Shown: positions 55,350 to 64,000 of the stretch, piece after piece | Numbering within the stretch: the first letter of the stretch is position 1 | Layout: the number at the start of each line of letters is the position of its first letter | Assembly: GCA_036490655.1 (NCBI GenBank) | Contig: DASXDM010000029.1 | Location: forward strand, 146,670 to 210,669 | Origin: Verrucomicrobiia bacterium | GTDB taxonomy: Bacteria; Verrucomicrobiota; Verrucomicrobiia; Limisphaerales; UBA11358 | Length of the DNA stretch: 64,000 nucleotides | Reading direction: 5' to 3' | Position numbers and translations under genes: made by a program | Notes under the pieces: model-generated | Told to the model about the DNA's origin: nothing | What the model saw: only the letters and a program-made list of their open reading frames with translations | Database searches by the model: none

Positions 55350-58300
55350 TTAGTATTCGAGACGATAAAAGACGCTTCCGTTTGTGGGAGAAAACGGGAC
55401 CGTGACCATGTCAGTGGCCGAGCTGCCGGACACGTTATACCAAGTGGCCGTGAGACCCACCCCCGGTGCGTTGGTCTGCGATTGCAGCGTCCAGCCGGTA
55501 TGATCGGCCGGCCAGCTCAAACTCAATGATCCGCCAGAGACGCTGAACACGATGTTGGTGGGGTTGGGATTCACCGTCACGATCGGGGTCACACTGGCCA
55601 CAATGACCTGGCCAGCGCCAACAATGTTGGTAGTCCAGGTATAAACGACCTGGTTGACAGTATCGGTCGTTTCCAGATTGTAGGCGGTGAATGCACTGGT
55701 CGGACTGACCACAGAGAAGGTATCCCCAACCTGCAAGGCCGCACCCACATTGGTCACGGCGAGTGTGCCGGCGTAGGTGATCCCGCTTGAATCGGACAGT
55801 TTGCTGTAATTGGGCGAGCCGGCCCGGTTAAGGTTCACCAGATAGGTGCTGCCGCTATTCATGGTCACTGAGCCACCGGACACGGTCAGTGTGCCCATGG
55901 GCAGGCCAGGGTTAAGGGTGGCACCCGAGCTGATCACGACGTTGGCAGAAACCGTTCCGTTGCCCGCAAGCCGTTGGCCGCTGTTAAGGGTCAAGGTGCT
56001 GCTGTCGCTGAGGTTTGCGCCGCTGCCGACGGCGAGCAGTGAAGCCCTGGTAAAGGCCCCCGAGGTGTAGATCGGTCCCCCGGTGGTCAGTGCGAGGGTG
56101 CCACCACTGACGGTTACCGGCCCTGAATTCGTGTTGAGGGCGGTCAGCGTCAAGGTGCCACTGCCCACTTTGGTCAAACCGAGCGAGGCAGCCGCGCCAT
56201 CAAGGAAGGTTCCGTCATATTCCTGGTAGGTGTTATCACCACCGACGGTCAACACGGCCGCATTGGTCGCATTGTTGTTGCGAACGGTCGGACCGGCCAT
56301 CCAGGTCGGATACCCGATGTTACCCGAGTCATCAATGCTGCTCAGATCGGCCACAGTGATGTTATTTCCATTCAACTGGAAGTCCCCGCCGGCGTCCTCG
56401 GTCAAGGAACCGGTGCTGACGGCGTTGGTATTGGCGCAACCGATCGCGCCGGAGGTGATCAACGTGGAGGAATATCCCTGGGGCGAGCCGTTGGTAGGCC
56501 CCAACACCAACACAAACGAATTGGTGTTGCCATAAATTTCAAGCTGGTGAGAACCGGAGATAACGGCCTGAACGGTGGCGCCGTTGATGGTTCCGCCGAT
56601 ACGGGAGTCCGACTGCAGGATGATCGAACCGGTAAAGGTGCTGTTGTAGATGCGCAAGGCCCCGGTGTATGGGGGCGGCGTCTGGTCGGCCCAACCGGTT
56701 CCGTTAAGGTAGACGGTCATATTGTAAGGCACGGTCGTGTTGTCGAGATACAACTGGGCGCCGCTGGGCACGTAAACCGTGCTTCCATAGCCAAAGGGAT
56801 CGCCCGGATTTCCAGCGCTGGCATGAAGGGAGGTCGATCCCTGAATGTTGATCGTGCCATTAAAATTGCTGCTGACGAGACCTGAGGCGGTGACAATTGT
56901 GGCGCCACCGGTTTCATTGAAGTTAATGGTGCCACTACCGGCAAACCCGTTTTCAATCGGATCCGCGCCGGTTATGGTCGCACTGCCATAGTTATAATTC
57001 AGGATGGCCGACGGGGAGACGTTGATGATGCCGCCAAGCTCACCGGCGGTGCCCGTACCAGTGCCCAGGGTCAGGGTGGCCCCGTTATTGACAGTTGTCC
57101 CACCAATGAAGGTATTATTGTTCCCGATCGTCAGTACTCCTGAACCCGCATCGACCAACGCGCCAACTCCCGATAATTGCCCGTTCCCGGTGAAGGTATA
57201 AGCTTGTGACGAATTAACCGTGATCAATGTCGGAGTGACATTGTTGGTATCGATCGTCACGGTGGTGTTACCGGAAGTGTTATCAAAGAGGGCATTGTCC
57301 CCGTTGGTGAACAACGAGGTAGCGCCGGAAAGATTGGTAAAGTTCATGCTGGAGAAATCCCAGGTGGCGCCATTGTTCCCCTGCCAGACCAGGGTGGATG
57401 CCGGAATCAAGGTGAGGGTCGCATTGGGCGCGGAAGTGATCGAGTCGCCACAGGGATCGGTCATCACAATATAATAGGCACCAGCATCGCCTGCCTGCGT
57501 GGGAGCGATCACGAGATTGGTGGTTGTCACTCCGGAATCGTCACCGCCATTGGTGAGGGCGTTTCCATTGAGATACCATTGATAAGTATAAGCCGCCGGA
57601 TTTCCGCTGGCTGCTACTGAAAACGTGGCCGTGACATTGGTCACACAGGTGACGGAGGACGGCTCGGTCGTAAAGATGGGCACCCCGATAGAAACGATGG
57701 CGCTTCCAAGCATCGGACCTGATTCCCCGATTGTGTTGGTAGCCTCAATCGTATAGATGCCACTGTTGGTTTCCAGGCCAAAACTAAGCGGGCTCCCGGT
57801 GCCGGCCAGAGATTGGCCAGTGTAAACGTTGTTGGTATAAAGCAAGTAGCTGTTGGTCGTCACTGATCCGCTTAACCCGATGATCGAACCGTTGCAACCA
57901 GTGCCGCTGGTGGTCACAAAGAAGTAAGGTCCCGCCTGGGCCGCCAACCCCGCGACGACGGTGATGTCAGTGATATTATTCGTCCACGCGACGCCGCCTC
58001 CCGTCGCGCGAAAGCCAAAGGCCAGACCGTCAAAATTAGTGGTCATCACATTTGCGCCAGTAACGGTGTTGGCCACATTGCTAAAAAGGATGGTCCCGGA
58101 GGTGCCTACCCCCGTGTAGAGAGCGTTTGAAATCGTGAGCGTGTTCGCCGCGGACAGTGTGATTCTCAATTGGCCGGTATATTGCGAGCCAATGGTCAGG
58201 TTCGGAGTCGGAAAGGTCGTCGGCGACGTACTGGCGAGAGTAGCACCGCTGGGATGCGTATAATTGTATAATAGTTCCTGGTCACTATTTTGTGCAATCG

Positions 58301-58910
58301 GTTGCACCGGCCTGGTAAAAAGCCCCCAGGCTGAGCCGGCGGTCTGTGAAAATACCATTTGCGCAGCGAAGCCGACCCAATTCGAAGTGCCCCCAATGTA
58401 AGCGGTCGTCGCACTGCCCACCCCCCCATTCTGAAGAGTGCCTCCACTCTGGGGCGCCACTCCGCCTGAATTGTACAGCCCCATGTGAAAACCGCTTCCA
58501 TTCCCGCCGACGTTATTCATTTGGTTGGTCTCGTCCGTGAATGTGTAGGTCAACTCGATATAGTCACCCACCGAAGCCAGCGTGACCGGATATTTGGTGA
58601 ACAATGCCTGGACCTCGCTGTTCGCAGAACTCGTCGAGGGGCAATAGATTTGAAGGAGCCCGGGAGAAATTGAAAAACTGGGCGCCGCTTTGGCCGAAGC
58701 GCAGGTATAGCTCGTCTGGCTGACCGTGGGCGTGCCGCCAGGGATGCCGCCGGTGATATTGGTCTGGTTCAAAGAGCTTGTTCCAAAGGTGTCGTTAAAT
58801 ACCGTTTGCTGGGCGGGCGCGGCTAAAGGAGTGACCAGCGCCACGAGAGCGCACATCATGAGGTGCTTTAGGAACAACCGGGTTCGTTGTTGGGAGGAGG
58901 TGATTTTCAT
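55350..58910 (-). CDS. Giant secreted PATR (autotransporter-associated beta-strand) repeat protein with Ig-like domain and C-terminal FYRL module
   Basis: 1186 aa with the signal peptide MKITSSQQRTRLFLKHLMMCALVALVTPLAAPAQ. PATR-type units include GSGVLTIGNNNTFIGGTTVNNGATLTLG and VGSGTLTLTALNTNSGPVTVSGGTLAL. The tail is SLSLSWPADHTGWTLQSQTN...TNGSVFYRLEY. Confidence 0.85.
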   Translation of the reverse strand: MKITSSQQRTRLFLKHLMMCALVALVTPLAAPAQQTVFNDTFGTSSLNQTNITGGIPGGTPTVSQTSYTCASAKAAPSFSISPGLLQIYCPSTSSANSEVQALFTKYPVTLASVGDYIELTYTFTDETNQMNNVGGNGSGFHMGLYNSGGVAPQSGGTLQNGGVGSATTAYIGGTSNWVGFAAQMVFSQTAGSAWGLFTRPVQPIAQNSDQELLYNYTHPSGATLASTSPTTFPTPNLTIGSQYTGQLRITLSAANTLTISNALYTGVGTSGTILFSNVANTVTGANVMTTNFDGLAFGFRATGGGVAWTNNITDITVVAGLAAQAGPYFFVTTSGTGCNGSIIGLSGSVTTNSYLLYTNNVYTGQSLAGTGSPLSFGLETNSGIYTIEATNTIGESGPMLGSAIVSIGVPIFTTEPSSVTCVTNVTATFSVAASGNPAAYTYQWYLNGNALTNGGDDSGVTTTNLVIAPTQAGDAGAYYIVMTDPCGDSITSAPNATLTLIPASTLVWQGNNGATWDFSSMNFTNLSGATSLFTNGDNALFDNTSGNTTVTIDTNNVTPTLITVNSSQAYTFTGNGQLSGVGALVDAGSGVLTIGNNNTFIGGTTVNNGATLTLGTGTGTAGELGGIINVSPSAILNYNYGSATITGADPIENGFAGSGTINFNETGGATIVTASGLVSSNFNGTINIQGSTSLHASAGNPGDPFGYGSTVYVPSGAQLYLDNTTVPYNMTVYLNGTGWADQTPPPYTGALRIYNSTFTGSIILQSDSRIGGTINGATVQAVISGSHQLEIYGNTNSFVLVLGPTNGSPQGYSSTLITSGAIGCANTNAVSTGSLTEDAGGDFQLNGNNITVADLSSIDDSGNIGYPTWMAGPTVRNNNATNAAVLTVGGDNTYQEYDGTFLDGAAASLGLTKVGSGTLTLTALNTNSGPVTVSGGTLALTTGGPIYTSGAFTRASLLAVGSGANLSDSSTLTLNSGQRLAGNGTVSANVVISSGATLNPGLPMGTLTVSGGSVTMNSGSTYLVNLNRAGSPNYSKLSDSSGITYAGTLAVTNVGAALQVGDTFSVVSPTSAFTAYNLETTDTVNQVVYTWTTNIVGAGQVIVASVTPIVTVNPNPTNIVFSVSGGSLSLSWPADHTGWTLQSQTNAPGVGLTATWYNVSGSSATDMVTVPFSPTNGSVFYRLEY

Positions 58911-58997
58911 ATTTGTTTTCTTTTTGTTTGGGTTTGGACCGGGCTTAATCAGATGGCTCTGCCGTTTTTTAGGTTAAAGGTTTAATACAAATAGAGG

Positions 58998-59867
58998 TTA
59001 TAGGGACTGGCCAGCCTTCAGCACTGGCTGTGTGCAATGGTTATAAAGCCATGCTAAATCCGCGTTGTTGCTCTGTGGCCGCAAACCGGTGGCCTGAAGA
59101 AAGAATGTCGTCCCCCATTTGTGAGGTTGAACATGGCCGTCGGCATAGGAAAACACGGTCACCGCGCCGCCATGCGCCCATTGGGGCATATCGTAAAGCG
59201 TTGGAATGGGGTAACCCTGCGGGGGCCAAAAGAAACCGTCGTTCAAACTGTCATAGCGTTCTTCGAGAAAAACAATCGCATCGCTGGCGTGGAGCCGGAG
59301 AAAACTGGTGTCTTTCTCATAATACTCAGTATTTTCCTGCGTCAAATTATAGCTGATCTGACTTTCCGCAGCGGAAGTAGCCGGGGCGATATACCCGTTC
59401 ATAGAATAGGACCGGTCACGAAGCTGGCTTTGGCCTTGACCCACGGTAGGATCCGCAGGGCAATGATAGATGTTGTAATTCTTGGCGTAAATTCCCAGCG
59501 AACCATCCGGCCCCCACTCAGGGCCCACCAATTCATCCGTGTTGGTGTTATCTGCGCTATTGCCGGCGCTCAGGTTCCCCGCAACCCATGCCGGCCGGGC
59601 GGTAGTCTGGCCGGCGGCCGGTGTTCCACCCGCGTCATCACAATTCGGCGACAGATATCCGTTATAATCCTGGCTATATTCAATCGCTGCCAATTGGAGC
59701 TGCCTGAGATTATTCATGCAACTCGTCTCCTGGCCCTTGACCTTGGCCCTGGCGAGCACCGGCAGGAGGAGGGCCGCCAAAATCGCGATGATCGCAATCA
59801 CTACCAGTAACTCAATTAATGTGAAGCCGAGAGCGCTATGCTTCTTTTTGCAGACTTGTGGGTACAT
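58998..59867 (-). CDS. Prepilin-type N-terminal cleavage/methylation domain protein (DUF1559-like pseudopilin)
   Basis: 289 aa with the class III signal [23 protein letters not shown] and the C-terminal motif [14 protein letters not shown]. It is typical of the expanded PVC-group family. Confidence 0.85.
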   Translation of the reverse strand: MYPQVCKKKHSALGFTLIELLVVIAIIAILAALLLPVLARAKVKGQETSCMNNLRQLQLAAIEYSQDYNGYLSPNCDDAGGTPAAGQTTARPAWVAGNLSAGNSADNTNTDELVGPEWGPDGSLGIYAKNYNIYHCPADPTVGQGQSQLRDRSYSMNGYIAPATSAAESQISYNLTQENTEYYEKDTSFLRLHASDAIVFLEERYDSLNDGFFWPPQGYPIPTLYDMPQWAHGGAVTVFSYADGHVQPHKWGTTFFLQATGLRPQSNNADLAWLYNHCTQPVLKAGQSL

Positions 59868-60123
59868 CTAGGCTGAGCCTACCACCGGTCTATAAATCTA
59901 CAATTGAGAGTTTATGCAATAGACATCCAAAAAGTTGCGCGACTTTCCTATGTAACTATCAATGATAATCTATAGACAAACAGGCTAGATATTTTTGCCT
60001 ACACCGTAGCCGGCTATGATATACCACTTGCCACAAAACCGTCACTCCATAGTTTATGCAAAGCAGATTTGATTTTCTGTAGAAGCGTCGTTTATGAAAG
60101 GCCGGCCGGCGGCGGGAAAACGG

Positions 60124-61275
60124 CTAAATCCGCCAGCGGTTCTTGGCACGGAATTCCTTGGGCGACATGCCGATGGCCTGCTTGAAGGCAAACCAAAATG
60201 TGTTGGGGTTTTGATAACCGCATAGTTCGCCCACCACCGCCAGTTTTTGATCCGACTGGACCAATAGTTTTTTAGCGTGCTCGATGCGGACCCGCTGCAG
60301 TTCATGGCCGGGCGGGCGGCCGATCTGCTCAAGAAACGCCTTATGAAACCCGCGGCGGGACATGGAGGCCGCCCGGGCCATATCGTCCACCCCGATCAAC
60401 TTGTGATAATTCTCCAATAGAAATTTCAGCCCTTTGGCCACGCCGGGATCATTCACGGCGATCAGGTCGCTGCTCTTGCGGGTGATCAGGCCGGCGACTG
60501 GCACCCGGACCGGTTCAGCCGGCGGCGGTTTGCCGTGCATCAGATCATCCAACAACTTTGCGCCACGATATCCCAACAACGATAGATTGGTATCCACACT
60601 GGAAATGGGAGTGCGCATGGCATCCACGGCCCGCAGCGAGTTGTCCATCCCGATGATGCTGACCTGCTCCGGCACGGCCAGACCCGCCGAATCGCAAATC
60701 TCAAGGATTTCCACTGCCTGGTCGTCGGAAGCGGCAAAGACCGCCAGCGGTTTGGGGGCCTTTTTCAGCTCCGCCGCCAGCCACTTGCGCTTGATCTTCC
60801 ATTGCTCCTGCTCCTTGGTGTACGACGGCGAGCGTTGCCAGCACAACCAGGTGCAGGAATGGCCGGCGCGCTCAATGGCCTGGATAAATGCCCGGCCCCC
60901 CTCTTCATAAGCCCAATTTTCCACATCGGAGTAAAAAATAAAATTCGTCAAGCCGCGCAAAAGAAAATGTTCCGCCGCCAGATTTGCGGCGCTGACATGG
61001 TCGACGAGCACGCGCGGAAAGGCGAGTTGGGGGCGGCGAAAACTGAAGTCCACCGTTGGCTTGTGAGCGTGGTTCACAAATTCAGCCAGGTCATCACCCG
61101 CCCCCAGCCACGCGAGGATGCCGTCACCCTGCCAGCCCCAGGGGATCACTTTTTCCTTGGTCGTATCCGGACACAAATGCCAGCCATGTTCCAGGGCATA
61201 TTTGGCGATGCCATCGTGAAGCCGATAATCATACCAGCCCAAAGCCAGTAGAATACGCTTTTGACGTTTTGACAT
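60124..61275 (-). CDS. XylR-type regulator: sugar-binding (LacI/PBP-like) sensor domain fused to an AraC HTH
   Basis: ATG at 61275 (MSKRQKRILLALGWYDY...). The ~270-aa N-terminal domain has PBP type-I character. The C-terminal AraC HTH is SMSRRGFHKAFLEQIGRPPGHELQRVRIEHAKKLL...GYQNPNTFWFAFKQAIGMSPKEF. Confidence 0.8.
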   Translation of the reverse strand: MSKRQKRILLALGWYDYRLHDGIAKYALEHGWHLCPDTTKEKVIPWGWQGDGILAWLGAGDDLAEFVNHAHKPTVDFSFRRPQLAFPRVLVDHVSAANLAAEHFLLRGLTNFIFYSDVENWAYEEGGRAFIQAIERAGHSCTWLCWQRSPSYTKEQEQWKIKRKWLAAELKKAPKPLAVFAASDDQAVEILEICDSAGLAVPEQVSIIGMDNSLRAVDAMRTPISSVDTNLSLLGYRGAKLLDDLMHGKPPPAEPVRVPVAGLITRKSSDLIAVNDPGVAKGLKFLLENYHKLIGVDDMARAASMSRRGFHKAFLEQIGRPPGHELQRVRIEHAKKLLVQSDQKLAVVGELCGYQNPNTFWFAFKQAIGMSPKEFRAKNRWRI

Positions 61276-61481
61276 TTTCGCTATCCTAACTTGTGTCGAA
61301 TTATTTTCAACTGTGAAGTGTTGCCGCAATATCTTCTACGGCATATTTCACTCAATCTATCGCTCCTGCTCTCCAGTCTAGACCTGTACAATCATTTAAC
61401 TTCTCTCGTTTGGCCCAACCGATGCAAAAATAGAAAACGAGCGCCGTAATTTGCGCGCTCGCTTCGTTGATCGCATCATTA

Positions 61482-62333
61482 TTAACTATGGCGACGAGAG
61501 CGAATCAAACCCACCAATCCAAGTCCGGCGCCGGCCAGTGCCAGAGCGGAAGGTTCGGGCGCCGCACCCGGAACCAGCTGGAACCCGTTCAAATAGGCGG
61601 CGCTCCCGGCCCCATTTAATTCAAAACTAAAATTTCCTGTAGCGTCAGATTGACCTTGCAGTTCCAACCATGTCGTCCCGGAAGCCATCAGCGAGTAAGA
61701 CCCGGGCGACCCGGTGAACAAGCTCCCAAAGGCGCCATTGGAATTTGCGGTGGTATTGACCGTCGTGCCGGTGCTGGGATCAGAACCCAAGACATTCCCC
61801 GCAGCCAGGGTGATTCCAGCGCCTTGTCCAGATGTGGTCGTGCCGCCTTCAATATAAAGATCAAACGGCGAGGAATCAGCCAGGCCGACGATGTCGTAGG
61901 TAAGATAGTAACCCGCGCTGTTATTATAATTCCTCCAGGCCTGGGCCATCACTCCGCCAGACTGGATGGTATTTTCCCCTATGGCGGAAGCTGGATTGGC
62001 GTGGGTGCTCGTCGTGGTCTGCGTCAGGGAAATAGTGAGCGTCTCGCTAATACTTGTTCCAGCGGAATCATCCAATGGAGAAGCATTAAACAAAGTGTAG
62101 GTACCGGCAACTGTGCCGCTTGCCTTTGCCACGGGAGTTTCATTGAAGAAGTTCCATGTGGTTCCGGAAACCGGCGCTGCCGCGCTATAGCTGTAACCGC
62201 TGGGCGCATTGATGGTTTGAGTTCCGGTCGTGCTTCCCGAAGAGGTCAGGTTGACAAAGATATCCTGCGCCTGGACCCGATGCCCACAAAGGTAAAGTGC
62301 CGAACAATAAAACACGACTTTGATTATTTTCAT
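61482..62333 (-). CDS. PEP-CTERM sorting-domain secreted protein
   Basis: 283 aa with an N-terminal signal peptide. The C-terminus VPGAAPEPSALALAGAGLGLVGLIRSRRHS has the PEP motif, a TM helix and a basic tail. Confidence 0.85.
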   Translation of the reverse strand: MKIIKVVFYCSALYLCGHRVQAQDIFVNLTSSGSTTGTQTINAPSGYSYSAAAPVSGTTWNFFNETPVAKASGTVAGTYTLFNASPLDDSAGTSISETLTISLTQTTTSTHANPASAIGENTIQSGGVMAQAWRNYNNSAGYYLTYDIVGLADSSPFDLYIEGGTTTSGQGAGITLAAGNVLGSDPSTGTTVNTTANSNGAFGSLFTGSPGSYSLMASGTTWLELQGQSDATGNFSFELNGAGSAAYLNGFQLVPGAAPEPSALALAGAGLGLVGLIRSRRHS

Positions 62334-62685
62334 GGTTTGCTTTGATTATGGACTCGCGGCACCGGTGCTTCGGTTTGGGTTTGATTCGATATTACCCCGG
62401 TTCTGCTCCCGGTCACTAAATGTCATCTTGGATTTGTTGCATATCACATTGGAATTGTTGCAGGCATGTGAAGGTTTGGCGCTGCCGTCAGAGGCCGGCG
62501 AATTTCGCGATAAACGGGTATTTGGCTCGTAATGACGAGCGATTTATCGTTTTTGGGGAGCGATTTTTTTTGCCGAGTTGTAATCATCATTCAATCCCTT
62601 TCCCCTGAGGATCTGCGGAATATATTTTTCGACCCTTGACTGCCGGGTGATGGATTGTTTGGGCGCGGAAAAATGAAGAAGATAG

Positions 62686-62881
62686 GCTCTATGTCCCTTC
62701 GGCAGGAGAGAAGCTCCATACCGGTTGGGACGGGGCGGTGATCAATGCTGAATGCGTCATCGCAGGGTTGAAGGGGCTGAAAGAAAATCCGCTCGCGCCG
62801 TTCCTGTCCGCCCGCGGCAAGGCGGTTGCGCCCATTGTTCTCATTCCGCCCGTCCCGGCACCGGCAGCCAGTCGTGAGTAA
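62686..62881 (+). pseudogene. 5'-truncated fragment (last ~64 codons plus stop) of a paralog of the SGNH esterase gene; coding part of direct repeat copy 2 (repeat extends to 62913)
   Basis: It encodes ...YVPSAGEKLHTGWDGAVINAECVIAGLKGLKENPLAPFLSARGKAVAPIVLIPPVPAPAASRE*, against ...YVPSPGEK...VLTPP... in the intact gene. Homology ends abruptly upstream of 62686. Confidence 0.85.
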
Positions 62882-63132
62882 TTCCGGAAACTAAAGTCAT
62901 TAACAATCACATACAGCGGGCTGACCCCTCCCCGGCTTGCGTGGGGCGCAACAGATTTTGACGGATTAAAAAGGCCTCACGCAAAGACGCAAAGGGGATG
63001 AAGAGCGACGAAGACGATGTTTGGGCGGCGCAGCAGCACCGCCCTACCAAATGAAGAGGCGGCTTCCACCTTCGCTAAAGCGATGGCGCGACAGGCGCGG
63101 GTACGTACGCCCCACCACCGTCACTCATGCGC

Positions 63133-64000
63133 TTAGGGTCCGGAGAAACGCAGGCGATAGAAGCCATTGGTACCAACCTTTTCGAGGGGAACGATATATT
63201 GATTGCCGATTTGCAGAGGGGTCACGGGCACGGCCGACCAGACTGCCGGGAACAGGTTGCTGGATTCTTCCAACTCAAAAGAGGAATAGTCCAGGGGCCA
63301 ATTGAGCAGCAGAAAGTTTCCTGAAATTTGAAGATCAACCGAAGGCAAGGCCAGGGCATTGAACGGATTGGACAGGCCGGTGTGACCCAATCCATCATCA
63401 GCCTGCAATACGATATTTGTTCCGGTCTGGGGGATGACGACCATCCCCGTCCAGACACCCTGCATGAAATTGCCGGAAGCCACCGGACTGATCGGAATAT
63501 CATTAGTCGAATCCAGCATGACCGAATCATCATAGGTGAGGACGGTCCCGTTGGTGGCATCCTGTGCGACAATCGTGACCGGGAAGGGAACATTGAGGAA
63601 CCTCGGCGACGGAACGGCGGCCCAACTGAAATGGTCCAAAGGACTGACGGTCAGCAGAGCGTTGGAACTGACGAGACCGTCAACCATATTGGTGACCGCA
63701 ACATCATAATACCCTGCCTCGTTCACCTGGACATCGCTTAGAGTCAACGTGGTATTGGTCGCATCCAAGATATTTGTGCCATCAAACTGCCATTGATAGG
63801 TCACAGGCGTTGTGCTCATAACGGACACATTTAAGGAAACGGTGTTACCCACAAAGGCGGTCTGATTGGTGGGTTGGATGATGATAACCGGTGGGGTTGG
63901 CGTGAAGCATTTGCCTGCGCTCCCGGCGTTGTAAATGGCCTGGACCTCCGCATGCGAAAGCGCACGGTTGTACAACGAAACTTCATCAATGTCTCCCGTG
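63133..64000 (-). CDS. Secreted LamG/Ig-like domain protein with C-terminal FYRL module; 5' part lies right of the window
   Basis: The frame is open to the window edge (...TGDIDEVSLYNRALSHAEVQAIYNAGSAGKC is a typical LamG-domain end). One Ig-like module follows (QPTNQTAFVG...YQWQFDGTNIL...). The tail is NFLLLNWPLDYSSFELEESSNLFPAVWSAV...GTNGFYRLRFSGP. Confidence 0.8.
   Translation of the reverse strand, partial: TGDIDEVSLYNRALSHAEVQAIYNAGSAGKCFTPTPPVIIIQPTNQTAFVGNTVSLNVSVMSTTPVTYQWQFDGTNILDATNTTLTLSDVQVNEAGYYDVAVTNMVDGLVSSNALLTVSPLDHFSWAAVPSPRFLNVPFPVTIVAQDATNGTVLTYDDSVMLDSTNDIPISPVASGNFMQGVWTGMVVIPQTGTNIVLQADDGLGHTGLSNPFNALALPSVDLQISGNFLLLNWPLDYSSFELEESSNLFPAVWSAVPVTPLQIGNQYIVPLEKVGTNGFYRLRFSGP

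Noticed and set aside
52743-62685. Calling the repeat-bracketed 10-kb block a mobile or integrative element.
   Set aside because: No integrase, transposase, relaxase or phage gene is present in or next to the block, and the repeats are a gene fragment and not short att-like sites. I report it only as a repeat-flanked segment of uncertain origin.
1-64000. A search by eye for tRNA, rRNA, tmRNA, transposase, integrase, toxin-antitoxin and known anti-phage defence genes.
   Set aside because: None was recognised. Small RNAs cannot be excluded without tRNAscan-SE or Infernal, so absence is only provisional.

Overview
This is a 64-kb, GC-rich, gene-dense chromosomal segment. Its gene content points to a Verrucomicrobiota/PVC-group bacterium (inference): a DUF1559/prepilin-like protein, a PEP-CTERM protein, a Gloeo_Verruco repeat protein, a PATR (autotransporter-associated beta-strand) repeat protein, giant Ig-like-repeat exoproteins and alternative complex III. 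I call about 48 protein-coding genes. They include housekeeping genes (glgA, serS, maf, aroK, queG, secG, tpiA, pgk, galK) and a 10-gene translationally coupled respiratory operon (ACIII actABCDEF, a small TM protein, a CcoN-like protein, a CcoO-like protein and a monoheme cytochrome c). They also include an Opp/Dpp-type binding protein with two permeases but no ATPases, a sodium:solute symporter, a Kv-type K+ channel, and a plant-polysaccharide block (tandem SGNH/CE12-like esterase, GH43, two AraC-type regulators). At least eight are large secreted proteins. I recognised no rRNA, tRNA, CRISPR array, transposase or integrase. Main leads: (1) seven unrelated secreted proteins share one ~55-60 aa extreme C-terminal module ending F/Y-F/Y-R-L/V, a candidate sorting tag. 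(2) The CcoN-like subunit fused to the ACIII operon aligns well to cbb3 subunit I, but all six heme/CuB histidine ligands appear substituted. (3) An ATGA-coupled pair resembles a MotA/ExbB-type channel plus an ExbD/TolR-type single-pass protein (membrane Asp) with a long Gln-rich coiled coil. (4) Direct repeats of 228 bp (6 mismatches) bracket a 10.2-kb block; the distal copy is a 3' fragment of the esterase gene. (5) Several families of REP/MITE-like modules fill the larger intergenic regions. All functional calls rest on motif recognition by eye, with no database search.
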